Under the pieces are notes generated by a model. The model searched no databases, was not told where the DNA came from, and saw nothing but the letters and a program-made list of their open reading frames with translations. A program made the position numbers and the translations under genes. A DNA stretch of 54,914 bases, counting the filler, from Asterionella formosa (taxonomy: Eukaryota): the NCBI GenBank assembly GCA_002256025.1. It is 4 parts of 4 records of this genome, joined end to end, with 100 filler letters (N's around TTAATTAATTAA, not from the genome) between each part and the next. Parts side by side here need not be neighbours in the genome. Positions count along the whole stretch, not along the records: positions 13,761 to 27,417 come from NKIB01006509.1; positions 27,518 to 41,170 come from NKIB01006512.1; 2 more parts are not named here. The stretch is one strand, 5' to 3'. Positions 23,501 to 35,920 of the stretch are shown here, piece by piece. Position 1 is the stretch's first letter. Every line of letters begins with the position of its first letter.

Positions 23501-26500
23501 ATGCAGCATCATAGTTCACGCCATAGACATAATGGTTTGAATATTCCGCTCTGCAACACCATTATGATGATGGGCACCTACTCCAGCAAAGTGACTAACT
23601 TGTTTGAAAGCTGCCAATTCTGCAACATATTCCTTATCAGTAAAAGCCTTTCCATTGTCTGAAAGGTAAGATTGAACAATAACTCCAGAGTCCCAAGCAG
23701 CAGCCTCAAATTTGTGTTTTGAAACAAAAGTTTCATGAGAGGTCAGAGAGACTTGATGTTCCACATGAACAAAACCGGAAGCATGGTCGACAAACAGACA
23801 TCCTCCTGAGTACATTTGCTCTTGAACTGTTTTTCCTTTTGAATCATAGTGTCGTCCCTTAGTGTGACAAACAAAGTGATCGACTGAGACTTGCTGCCCT
23901 GGTAGGAGGTCTCTTTTCTTAAGTGCACCACAGCTTGATGGAACGGGCGTTGAAACACTACTGGATGTTGGTCGACGTTTTGCCTTTCCAAATTGGTAGG
24001 AGGCACAGCGAGGTAGGACACAGTTGGATGCTGAACGGTGCAGATTCTTTTGCCCTTCACTTGTTGCAAGGGCTCCTGATCTCAACAGTAATTGTATTGA
24101 TTTAAAGTGTAGATGGCCAAGTCGAAAGTGCCAACGCATTAGTTCCTTCTGAGCTTCGGTTAGATTTTGATTGTTTGAATCGGTAACACAGAGGTTAAGC
24201 TCTTGAACACAGTGATTGACATCCACTTCATTGTATCCATAGCTGATAGGAAGGTTATTGTTGGTTGAGAAAGGGACAACAATGTCTGGTACTCCACCTC
24301 CACAGATACGAATATGGTCAGACTCAACTCGACCGTAGGCTGGAGTTTAGATCCAAAAAAACCTTGGATATAAGATTGCCAACTGAGGAGGCGTTGGTGA
24401 GCTCCAGGAGTATCTTCTTCAGAGAGCTCAAGAAAATGGAGAGTACCATCAACTGCTGGAACCATCCATCTGACCTTGCCTTGACCTTCAATTGATAATC
24501 CTGCTGCTAGTCCTTTCAGTGTGACAGGTGTGATCAAGGGGGTTATCCCATCAACAAAGTCCTGGATATTGTGACTGACTGTACTGGATGCTCCTGTGTC
24601 CCAAATAAAGGAGAACTGTGCTACTGAGGAGAGCCCAAGATTGGACTTTTAGTGGCACCAAGGCAACAGAATGGACTTGGTGGGACTGGATTACTGGCAG
24701 CAATTGTTGGTGTATAGAGAAGACTCCAAGCCTGACAATGTTTAACATTTGATCTGAATAGGTATTGTATACCTGCAATCTGGGATGAGTAAGGTATATG
24801 GGGAGGCTTGAGAACAATGGACTGTGGAACAGGGTCAGTGGTTGAGATAAACATGGGAGGCTCTCTGATACTGTCAGACCTGCATTGTCGAAGCTGAAGT
24901 GGATATGAGCGAGAGACAATTGACACGAGACTGAGAGGTTGCTGGAGTTACTTCTGATGTCGATAACAACGGCGATGTGTAGACAAGTGCAGCAGTTTCA
25001 CAGGAGGGTGGGCATGAGCATACTGCATGAAGTGAAGCCAGAGCACTTGAGAGAAGACAACCAACCAGAAGCACACACAAGGTCCCAGGGAAGCAAGGAC
25101 AACATGGTTGTGATTCAGAAGACTGATAAGAGGGAGGAACTCAAAGGAAAGGGTCAATCTCTGACAAAGTATCCAAAGAAGAAATGAAAGTGGATTGGGC
25201 CCCCCCCCTCCCCCCGACCCCCAAGTCAAAATTGAGTTGCACAAATTCCAAATCCATCATTGACACCAGCAAGGTTTGCACTTATAACAGGTGCTTCAAT
25301 GGCAGGAACAGGTGTGGGGGCAGCAGGAGAAGCAGGAACAACCGCATTTGGAGGTTTTCCATGAGTAGATCCAAGGTGCGTTGAGGTCCAGAGTCCCAGG
25401 CCTTTGCAACACTTGTTACAGAAGTTGAATGAATTATCACCAACAACTTTGACAGTTGGCTCTCCAGGCTTGGGTGCTACTTCACGCCAGTTGTGCTTCT
25501 TAGGATCTGTGGGCTTGGGAGGAGGAACACCAGGCGCATCTCCACCAGGTTTAGCAGCAATGGCTGCTTGAACAAGGGCATTGAATGATGCTTGGTCCAT
25601 TCCAGCATAAAAAAGGGAAGGGGCCTGTTGGATGGTGTCCTTTACAGTGCTGGCAGGGGGACCAATCACCATTGTCCAAGAGAGAGCGGTAGGCTTCTTC
25701 AGCAAGATCAAGGATAGCTGTGTAGTGAAAACCCTTTTTGATCATGAACTTCTTGGCTGAATCTTTGGATAGGTAGGCTGAGTCTGAGAGAGCAGAGTCA
25801 AGGTCAAGACGCTTGGGATGCCAAATGTCACGAAAACTCTCAACTGAAACCTGACAGAGTGCCTTAATGATTGCCAACACTAGCAACCATTCAAAATGAT
25901 GGGCATTTTTATGTTCACAGCAAATTCTGCGGATCTTGTTTGCATAGAGTGAGACGCTTTCACCAGCTTTCTTAATTGGAGACAGCTGCTTGAGTTCATC
26001 CTTCTTTCGGTTGAATCGCTCAACAGATCCACTGCTAATCAGACGAAGGATGCGCATTCAGGTAACAGCAGCAGAGTCACCTGGTTCCTGACTGAGGTCA
26101 AGTTCCTTGAGGAGTGAGGGGTCAAGTGTGAATTCAAGATACAAGCAAGCAGTTGTGTCATTGTCCTGGTCATAAGAATCAAATTTGTTCTTGTAGTAGT
26201 CAGATTCATCAAGGACATGGGAAAGGGTGACCTGCTCAAATTCCTTGATGACATGGACCATCTTGGTGTCATCACTGAGACTCTTGACATACATGATGGA
26301 TTCCATACCTGTGAGTTCAAGGTGTGCCAAAACATTAACACCAAAGGAGTATAGGTCTAGGTCCTTGCCATCCTTTTTAAACAGAATGAGAGGTGCAGCT
26401 GTGCGGTAGTTCCAGTTCCTGGACTGATCACTGGACTTAGTTGGACGAGAGCAGTTGGGAGAACGCTTGATTGCTTTGACATTGGTCAGTCCAGTGCAGT

Positions 26501-26630
26501 CAATGTAAGGTCGTTGAACTCCTCCAGTCCATGCAACGATTTCGGTTGGACAAATGGTGAGTCCTCCCATAATAGGTTTGTCAATGGTCATGGAAGAAGT
26601 GGGAGGATCAGGAAGAATATTGCCAGACAT
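20592..26630 (-). pseudogene. Copia gag-pol, multiply frameshifted
   Basis: Gag runs from ATG 26630 with a knuckle FCNKC..LWTSTH. Integrase: WHFRLGH, VSVDHF, SDNG, NGVAERNIQT. RT: FAPVV, IDFSNAFVQA, YVDD. RNase H: YVDADFAG, FEDNNGA, ADIFTKGL. Confidence 0.9.
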
Positions 26631-26914
26631 GAGGAAGGATTGTTATGAAGAAGATTTCCTTGAGTACTACAAAAGAAAAATGACTGATATGGGGTGATCT
26701 TGTTGTAGAGGTTGCTATTATTTCACAGAAAATAAGCGCAATTGGGCTTGATAACCAGTCAGTATATCACTTGATGATGTAGTGATATATATAAGAGCGA
26801 TTGTGTCTTAAATGAAGGAAATAAAAAAATGATGATTACTAGAAAGGTCCAGAAGATTACAGATTGTAGAAGAATCCAAGGTTGTGTAGAACTTAAGTGA
26901 CAAACTGTGTGGGA

Positions 26915-27040
26915 AGGTCAAGAAGGGTGGATCTTGCTTGTAGGGATCCAACAAGGTGGTGGATCTTGTAAGGATCCAAGCAAGGTGGTGGATCTTGTAA
27001 GATCCAAGCAAGGTGGTGGATCTTGTAGGGATCCAAGGTG
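26915..27040. repeat. ~29-bp tandem repeat (about 4 copies) inside the copia 5' LTR
   Basis: Repeating unit aaggtggtggatcttgta(a/g)ggatccaa(gc). Confidence 0.85.
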
Positions 27041-27517
27041 AAAGAAAGGAATGAATGTAAATTTGGTTGAAAAAACTGATGTTTTCAATTATATGAGCTT
27101 AATTTTAGTTGGCAAAATGAGGAAGGTGAGGAAGTGCCAGAAGCAACTAATGAAGTGCTGGCACCATGGACTGCTGAGTAGTGAATCTACAGACTCCTAA
27201 GGGAAAGGTAGTGAAATGCCAGTAGCAAGATCAGAGGTGCTGGCAGTAAGCTGTGTATGAATGTACAGCCTGCTCCCATAGACCTGCCTACTTAGGATCA
27301 GCAGAATTGTGCTGGTGCTGTTATACCAGCAGTGCTACTATGCATAAAACCTGGTACACAGTCTGGTAGCATCACTAAATAAATTCCCGCCGGAAGTTTC
27401 ATCATGGTACCTGCCTGNNNNNNNNNNNNNNNNNNNNNNNNNNNNNNNNNNNNNNNNNNNNTTAATTAATTAANNNNNNNNNNNNNNNNNNNNNNNNNNN
27501 NNNNNNNNNNNNNNNNN

Positions 27518-27688
27518 TGTATATAGGGTTAGTGTTATATCATATATGTATAAGAACTCAATAATGAGAGAACTCGACTAACCCTCATTGTATACTTTGG
27601 TGTCGACTTGGAGAACGAGTTACACACAAGGATTAACAAATAAGCTCATATATTCAATAAATACTACTACTTCTAGTTAGATACTTCA
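27518..27688 (+). repeat. Possible 3' part of an unrelated (solo) LTR, truncated by the gap
   Basis: AATAAA followed about 25 bp later by an LTR-like end ...TTAGATACTTCA. No second copy in the window. Confidence 0.25.
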
Positions 27689-28335
27689 CCTGGTACCAGG
27701 TACCAGGCAACATCAGGTGCTCGCAGTACCTGGTACCTGCAAGTTGCGGTCATTTTGCTTGAACTGACATTTTAATCTGGGATAAAGATAGCTAATTCTT
27801 TAGTTTCAGCAAAATTACCGCAACTTGCTGGTACTGCAGGTTGGTTTCAGTAATTTTGGTGATTCATGTTAGCGGCTGATGGGCAGACACAGGAATTCAA
27901 AAAGAAATAAGATATGCTGGAGCATTCACGGTTAACATAAGGCTGCGGCCCCAGCTTAACCCTAGGTAGTTTGGAGAAAATATCGCTAGGGTTGTACAAA
28001 CGGTGTGGAACAGGGAGTTTCCTACTATGAATTCCATGATTCGAGTGTCCATTTGAATATTTGAAATAAATAGGAATCGGCGCCAGATTGATAGAGTTCC
28101 ATTTGAAGCAAACAAAAATGATATTTAAACGTTAATACTATATCTTTATTGCTGTATGTAGACATGATTTTGCTCTACGCCAAAACTCATATATAAATCA
28201 GGAATATGCCAACATGTATGCTCATGGCTCGTGTTTATACATTATATTGAATCTACGCTGCTGTATGTTGATTCAATAAAGATCAGCATGGTACCAGGTA
28301 CCGAAGTACCAGAGTACCAGTGTACTGATGATACA

Positions 28336-31300
28336 TGTTAATATCTGCATATGCTGCTCCATACATGCGCCGTACAAACCATACTGGCGCAGCCACCAGA
28401 TTAGGTACATGCATGAGTGCTAACAATGATGTACTCGAAGCAGCAATAGAATAGTCATAATATTGTAGTTCACCTTTATTCACAACAAGGTTCCCCTCAA
28501 CAGAACTACAATATCTGTTCTCTCTCCCTCGTCCGCACCTGTGATGTTGCGGCTCTTGTTGGCGGTGCAAACCAGCACTGTTTTCGACATGCAACTGTGC
28601 AACACCGATTGGATTGCCGTTCGCTTTCCCTGTCTTTCGGGCCTTCTTCCACCATGGCGACTCCACTCGTTTCCTCTTTTTTCCCATTCCCTCATCCGCT
28701 CTTGATGCCAATCGAGGGCAAACCTACAGCCCTCACTGTAACCCGCCTTCGCAAGGAAATCTTCACCAACGCTCACTCTGTCCACTGCTGTACTAGTGGT
28801 GGTGGTGCCAATGGTTTCCTAGTTATTGTCATGGCTGCTTCTCCTTATCTCTTACGTGCTGGTGAACCATTTTTACCGCCCGAACATCCTGGCACCCAGC
28901 CGCCACACAGTGCTACTGCCACACAGTCCCAAATCACCGCTGCCAACCGTCTCTTTGACACTTCCCTCGACGCATTCCGCCATTACTCCCAAATCCATGA
29001 AATTCTCCAGCAACAACTTCTAACAGCCAATGACCCTACTTACTACAACGTTCTGGAAGATGCTACATTTGGATATGCTGACATCACTGTTATGACCTTG
29101 CTTGCTCACTTAGAATCTACATATGCAACTTTGAGTGCGGATGATTTAGAACTTAATCGCATGCGCTTGGCTGATGCTTGGACACCAGAGGAACCTATTG
29201 AACATTTATGGATCCGCATCAAGCATCTTTGTGCCATTTCCGATGCTGGTGGGGAGCCTTTATCTGACAGTACTGTCATGCGGTTGACTCTTTCTGCTTT
29301 AGAACAGGCTGGTGTATATTCTCATAGTATTCAAACTTGGCGTGATCGCGCTGAGATGGACCGTAGTACATGGGTTAATTTTTGCCCTCATTTCATGCAT
29401 GCCGATAAGGAAAGATTGCGCCTTGCCACTGCCACCACCGCTGGTTATCATGGTGCCCATGCTACCATTCAAACCAGTGGCCCTCCCCCACTGCCAGGGA
29501 TTGCTGCAGCTGCTTGTGCTGTCCCTTTTGGATACATTTGCAACAATGTCCAATTAGGCTATTGTTGGACTCATGGTCTCACCAAAACCCCTGATCATAC
29601 CAGTGCCACTTGCAATCATCCATCTTCTGGCCATCAAATCACTGCCACCCTTGATCGACATATGGGTGGCAGTGTCCGAATTTTCAGTGATGGTATGGAG
29701 GGGAGCAAATTGCTGTAGATAATACTATTAACAGAAACTTATCTCCCATCACTTGTCCCCCCATCACACTCATTGCTGGTTCTGCTAGTTCTGGCAACTA
29801 CGCCACTGTTGATTTAACTGTCATCAACAAACGACCTACCACCAACCCTATCACCATTCAACTTCCTAACGGCAACCATGTTCAATCTACACATGAGGCC
29901 AAATTAGCTTTACCTATGCTATTACCCGCTGCTTGTCATGTACACATTGTCCTTGGTCTGCACAATTGCTCTTTATTGAGCATTGTACAACTATGTGACT
30001 CCAGCTACGAGGTACTATTCACCAAACTGCACATGTCTGTCTTATCTAATGGTCATTGTATCCTTCAGCGCCATCGCTCCACCACCACTCGATTATGGCG
30101 TGTCACCACCACCACTATTGATCCACCACTGCCTACCCCTAAACACTACGCTGCTACCGCCATTGGCAGTCCCAATGCACCAGCCCTTGTTGCCTTTGCC
30201 TATGCAGCCCTCTTTTCTCCTGCTATCTCTACTTTGAAAAAAGCATTACTCCATGATGGGTATCTTGTCAATTTTCCAGGTCTAACTTTAGCTACACTAC
30301 GCAAACATCCCCCACATTCCATCGCAACCATCAAAGGCCACCTCGATCAAACACGTCAAAACTTATGGTCCACACGTGTGCCCCCAACTATCATTGAGCC
30401 TGAACTTTCGTCCATTCCTACCAATATGCTGCTGGGTGATGCTGATTTGCACCCTGAGGGTCTTGCAACCCCTACCCATATGTGTTTTGCGTCCATTATT
30501 GCACCCACAGGCCAAATTTACACTGATCAAACCGGAAAATTCATCCTCCCCTCCAGCACTGGAAACAACTGCATTATGGTTTTTATGATTATGACAGCAA
30601 CTACATTTTCGTTCAGCCTTTTCATAACCAAACCGCTTCCTGCCTCCTTGCAGCATATAAAAAATTACACCAACGCTTGTGCAAAGCTGGCCTACGTCCC
30701 AAACTTCAATGCCTTGACAACGAGTGTTCTACAATCCTCAAAGAGTTCTTGGATGCCAAAGCTATTGACTTTCAGTTGGTCCCGCCGGCTGTCCATTGTT
30801 GCAATGCCGCTGAACGTGCAATTTGCACCTTTCAAAACCATTTCATTGCCGGTCTATGCGGTGTCGACAAAGATTTTCCTCTCCACTTGTGGGACCAACT
30901 CTTAGATCAAGCTGAACTTACTCTTAATCTCCTCCGTGGCTCATGCATCAACCCCAAACTGTCTGCTTGCTTGGTCACAGGTCAATGGAACATATGATTA
31001 CAACCATGTCCCCGGCCCTGGCTCCACCTGGCTGTCAGGTCCTTGTTCATGCCAAGCCCCTGCTGCCGATTCCTATCGCTGGTACCGCATCTGGATATGG
31101 GACACAGCCATGTTCCATCAGAATCTGCAATACTTTCTCGTTGTTTCCAACCAAAGTCCACCTACCCCGTAATTCCTCCAATGACCTCATCACAACCAGT
31201 TTGCAGGACATTGCCTATGCCTTGTTACATCCCACCACTTGGTCTCCCATTGCCCCACTCACTGCAACCCACAAAGCTGCTCTCCAGCAGCTCCTTGAAA

Positions 31301-33666
31301 TTCTCTCACTGCCTGATCTCACCCAACTACCCATCACTCCCCTCATGTATAGCCCCATTCCATCACTGAGGGTGCCCGGTACACCAACAGCATCCATCAT
31401 CCACCTTATCCCTGATCCTGATGCCTGTACACCTCTCCCGGTCTCTCCAGCCATCGATGGCACTGCCCAACCACTGAGGGTGCTTAACCCTAACCCTAAC
31501 CCCTGTTGTTAACCCTACCCCTAACCCTAATCCTCGCTGGCAACCCTAACCCTAAACCTACTCCTAGGTCCCCTCCTGCCAGTAGCTGCAAGCTCATTCC
31601 AGCACCCCCTCGCACCTATTGTGATGCTATTGTGCTGCCCAGTCCCCTGCCACCTTCCCCTCCGGTCACTCACGAAACTACCACTGCACTCAAGAGCCGT
31701 TGTCGCCATAAAAACACACCACATGGCTGCTGCACCACATGCCAGCCGTCCCCACACCCATTCTTTGCTTGCCAACTGTGCTCTCTCTGCCCCTCCTCAA
31801 ACCACCAGTGCTACTCCCCTGGACACTAATTTTTGTTTCCATGGCACCACTATCGACCCTGACAATGGCAAAATTGCTGGATATAAAGAATTATTGACTT
31901 GCAGCACTGGTCCCCTGTGGGCCACCACCAATGGATTAGAAATTGGCCGGTTATTTCAGGGCTTGGGACCCCATTCTGACATGCCCACGGGTACTAATTG
32001 CTGTTTTTTCATTCATAAGCATGAGATGCCCTCACACAAACACGCCTCTTACATCCGCATTGTGTGTGCCGATCGCCCTGAAAAAACCATTCCCCAACGC
32101 ATTAGTTGGACCGCTGGGGGTGATTGTGTAATTTACACCGGCAATGCCAGCACCAAGACTGCTGATCTCACTACTGCAAAATGTTTGTTTAACAGAACCA
32201 TCAGTACCCCCAACGGCTGCTTCATAACTCTGGATGTATCTGATTTTTATCTGGAAAGTCATCTTGCACCTGCCAATTATGAATACGTGCACCTCCCTAT
32301 ATGGATTATCCCCCCACAAATCCAAATCCTCTACAACCTAGCTCCCAAAATCATTGCTGGGCACATTTACGCCGAAATCCGCCACGGCATGTTTGGGCTG
32401 CCTCAGGCTGGTAAACTTGCCAATGATCAACTTGCCCAGTTCTTGCTCCCACATCATTACCTCCCCTGCCCAGTCACCCCTGGCCTATGGATGGATACCA
32501 CCAGTGATCTCATGTTTACGCTTGTTGTTGATGACTTTGGTATACGTTACACCAAATGTAGTGACGTGGAATGTCTCCTCACCACTTTACGCACCAAATA
32601 CCATCTCACAACTGATTGGACTGGCTCCCGTTACATTGGCCTTACGCTGATGTGGGACTACGAACACTGCACCGTTGACCTCACTATGCCTGGTTACATT
32701 GTTTGTGCTCTACAACGATTCACGCACTCCACCCCAACACACCCACAACATGCCCCCCATGCCTGGACTGCACCTTGTCATGGCGCTCGCCAGCAATTTG
32801 TTGTTCCTGATGTCACTCCTGTCCTTGACCTCCATGATATAACACGTGTGCAGGAGATTCTTGGTGCCTTATTGTATTATGCCCGTGCTATTGACTGTAC
32901 CATGTTGCCTGCCCTTGGTACATTGGCTACACAACAAGCAACCCCTACTGTGGCCACCTTGAATGCTATTACTCACCTTCTCAATTATTGTGCCATTCAT
33001 CCTGAAGCCACACTTCGCTTTACTGCCAGTGACATGGTCCTACATGTTGAAAGCGAGGATGCCTCCTATCTATCGGAAACGCGTGGTCGCTCCCGCGCTG
33101 CCGGCATTCACTTTCTCAGCTGTAAACCCCTGTCTCCAACTTGCCTCACTACGTCCATCCCTCCTCTCAACGGTGCTATTTCCGTACACTGTCAAATTCT
33201 TAAGGAGGTTTTATCAAGTGCTGCTGAGGCCGAATTAGCTGCCTTGTTCCACAATGGCAAAGAGGCATATACTATTCGCAACATTCTTGCTGAGCTTGGT
33301 CATCCCCAACCTTCTACCCGTATTGTCACCGATAATAGCACTGCCAGTGGCATCGGCAATGATACAGTCCGACAAAAACGCTCAAAAGCTATGGATATGC
33401 GTTATTACTGGGTACGCAATTGGGTTTGCCAAGGCCAATTTCTTGTATACTGGGAAAAAGGTAGTTTGAATTGTACCAATTATTTCACTAAACATCATTC
33501 CGCTTCCCATCATAAGTTGATGCGCCCGCACTATCTTTATTGCCCTCCATCCCTCCCTTTTCCTCCTAACTACTATGCTTGCTTGGATTCTGATGCTGCT
33601 ATCATCTCCACCCCGGTTCCTGCTCTTCTGCCTGAATCTGCTGGTGAGGGTGTGTTAATATGCTGA
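28336..33666 (+). mobile_element. Second degenerate Ty1/copia element of a different CoDi-like lineage
   Basis: Candidate 5' LTR TGTTAATAT...CACAACA at 28336-28487. Gag about 28654-29718 with YCWTHG. Protease remnant LIAGSASSGNY (catalytic D lost). Integrase IYTDQTGKF, LDNECS, NAAERAI. RT LVVDDFG. RNase H DASYLSE, TDNSTA. PPT GGTGAGGGTG is followed by TGTTAATAT at 33653. Confidence 0.9.
31485..31560 (+). repeat. Interstitial degenerate (CCCTAA)n telomere-type repeats in the copia integrase-RT linker
   Basis: taaccctaaccctaacccc...taaccctacccctaaccctaatcc...caaccctaaccctaaaccta. Confidence 0.75.
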
Positions 33667-33942
33667 CATTTTCACATGGATGTCATTTCCATTGTCACCG
33701 ATAAAAGAACCGAAAATACGCCTGCAAGGCACTAATTTTAATGGCTTATATTCCTTCTATTTTATGCTGGCTGTGTACATCCAAACAACACCATTTATAG
33801 AATTATGCGGCACCAGACAGAAACTAATCTTGGTGACTTGCCATTTACTTATATTGGCCATCTTATAACTGCCAAGTGTTTTTTGTGTTTTCGTTACGAC
33901 AGATCAGCCACTGGATTCTCCCTAATGATGCAAGCAAGGCAA

Positions 33943-34879
33943 ATGGAAACGCATTTGGAGACAATCACACAAATGCAGACGACGACTATTGATTTGGAGA
34001 CCACTGTCCACCAAGATTAACCCACCACCCGCAACAAAACAATGCAGTCTTTTGCTACAGATACTTAAGTCGATCGATTTTTTGACTCCCTCATACTTCC
34101 TGATGACTTTGTGCTTGATAGTGAAAGTACACAGGTGATTACCATTCAAGGTGTTGCAATGAAGCAGATCTCAGTCAAGATTCTCCGAAAAATTTGCGTC
34201 AGATACAAAGTTTCTGGATACAAAAATGCGAAGAAGGCTTTCACTGTTGGTTTGATTGTTCGACTTTTGAAGAGAGACAGCTTATCACAGGGGATATACC
34301 CTAGATCTTTTAATGTCAATGAATCAGACATTGAATTGGATAGTGATAATGATAATCACAAACATGGTTGAAATAATGATGAGGAGTTCACAGTTGATGA
34401 AGATTGCAAAGATGATGGTGATGAAAGGAATGACAAGGCTCAAGGAAACAAGGTGCAGCCACATGAGTCTTCGGTCAATCCTCAGTGTGAACAAGAGGAA
34501 GTGAACCCTCCTGTAAAAAGCGAAAAAGAAGAAGGCACAGGCAAATGCAACCCCGCCAGATGCTGCAACCTGCAGCAACACATACTCCCATGTCATTAAT
34601 GTCTACATGTGCAACAAGCATCGCAGTGATGTTTTGCGTCTAGGTCTGCCACCAGCTCTTGCTGAACTTGATGCAAGAAGATTTTGAAACAAGCTCATTT
34701 TCGATTGACTTGTTGTCACATATGTTGATAATGAGGATGACAACTGCACCATCATTCTAGCAATTCTCGAAGATGAATACTGGGACCAAGTTGGAATTGA
34801 TGCTGACTATGCAAAAACATATGATGTCCTCACTTGCAAAGACTTTTCGTTGGTAATGGGGTACATTAACCATGATTAT
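33943..34879 (+). pseudogene. Stop-interrupted ORF of probable TE origin
   Basis: Protein-like reading (VKILRKICVRYKVSGYKNAKK, then an acidic tract) broken by TGA/TAA stops and cut off by the 190-bp repeat array. Confidence 0.4.
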
Positions 34880-35920
34880 GTCGCCATAAGGACTCAAAAC
34901 TGAGATTTACCGCAATGGCTTTCTCCTTTTCAGAGCGGCTACAAATAGCCTACAGCGATAACTCTAGCAAGTACAATATGGAAAAAGAAGCAAAGGATGA
35001 GGAGCTGTCAATGATTAAATTTGTAAATTTCTATAGAAACAGCTGTTGCATATTTTTGTGTTCATCACATGTCGCCATAGTGACTCAAAACTGTGATTTG
35101 CCACAATGGCCTTCTCCTTTTCGGAACGGCTACAAATAGTCTACAGCAATAACTCTAGCAAGTACAATATGAAAAAAGAAGCAATGGATGAGGAGCTGTC
35201 AACGATCGAATTTGTAAATTTCTATAGAAAGCTGATGCATATTTTTTGTGTTCATCACTTGTCACCATAGTAACTCGAATGGAGATGTGCCACGATGGCC
35301 ATCTACTTTTCGGAGCCAGTACAAGTTGTCTACAATGATTAAAATAATAATAATAATAATTATTATAATTATAATAATTGTCAATCAAATCTTATAGTTC
35401 GTTAAAGCTATCCAATAATCGCAATTGTGCCCAAATAAATAGACACAATTAGTACCGGTTTTATTCGTTTGTACAGTACAACGGGATCTGTCTCCTTGTC
35501 AGCCACAAACCCCGGAACCCTAGGGACTACATAAAAGAACGACAGGTAGAGAATGCAGGAATCGAACCCGCCACCTCCTGAGGTATACTAACCGCTAAGC
35601 CATTTCCTAAGTCATCTACAATGATAACTCTAGTAAGTAGGATAAACTGAATGCAGCAAGTGATGAGAAGCTGTAAACGATCGAATGTACAAATTTCTAT
35701 AGAAACAGCGGTTGCACATTTTTCTGTTGATCGCATCTTGCTGTAGTGACTCGAATTGAGATTTGGTGCCACAAAGGCCTTCAACTTTTCGGAGCCAGTA
35801 CAAGTTGTCTACAATGATAACTCTTGTAAATAGGATGTATTAAACTCAACAGGTGACAAGGAGCTGTCAACAAACAAATTTATAAATTTCGATAGAAACA
35901 GCTGTTATATATATTTGTGC
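34880..35920. repeat. Diverged ~190-bp tandem repeat, about 4 units, with unit 3 interrupted
   Basis: Units start at 34880, 35071, 35261 and about 35737. Shared blocks include ctacaatgataactctag, gaggagctgtcaa and aaatttctatagaaacagc. Confidence 0.9.
35340..35608 (-). mobile_element. Putative tRNA-derived SINE
   Basis: Pol III A box TGGCTTAGCGGT (35602-35591) and B box GGTTCGATTCC (35568-35558) within a T-arm-like stem. (TTA)n-like tail at 35378-35340. Flanking direct repeat AAGT(TG/CA)TCTACAATGAT at 35323-35339 and 35609-35625. Confidence 0.6.

Larger units (their letters stand above)
18569..27417 (-). mobile_element. Degenerate Ty1/copia (CoDi-like) LTR retrotransposon with a mariner nested in its 3' LTR; the 5' end runs into an assembly gap
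   Basis: Domain order gag-PR-INT-RT-RH on the minus strand. PBS-like GGTTATCAAGCCCA at 26756-26743, PPT GAGAGGGAG at about 20745-20737, and an LTR segment repeated at 18569-18673 and 26757-26860. Confidence 0.85.

Noticed and set aside
31485..31560. True chromosome end
   Set aside because: The repeats are short, degenerate and embedded between collinear integrase and RT sequence.
35545..35608. Functional tRNA gene
   Set aside because: The anticodon arm is largely missing and the acceptor stem does not pair, so it is treated as a SINE-like head.
34880..35920. Possible CRISPR-like array
   Set aside because: The units are 190-bp diverged tandem copies without unique spacers, there are no cas genes, and the context is eukaryotic.
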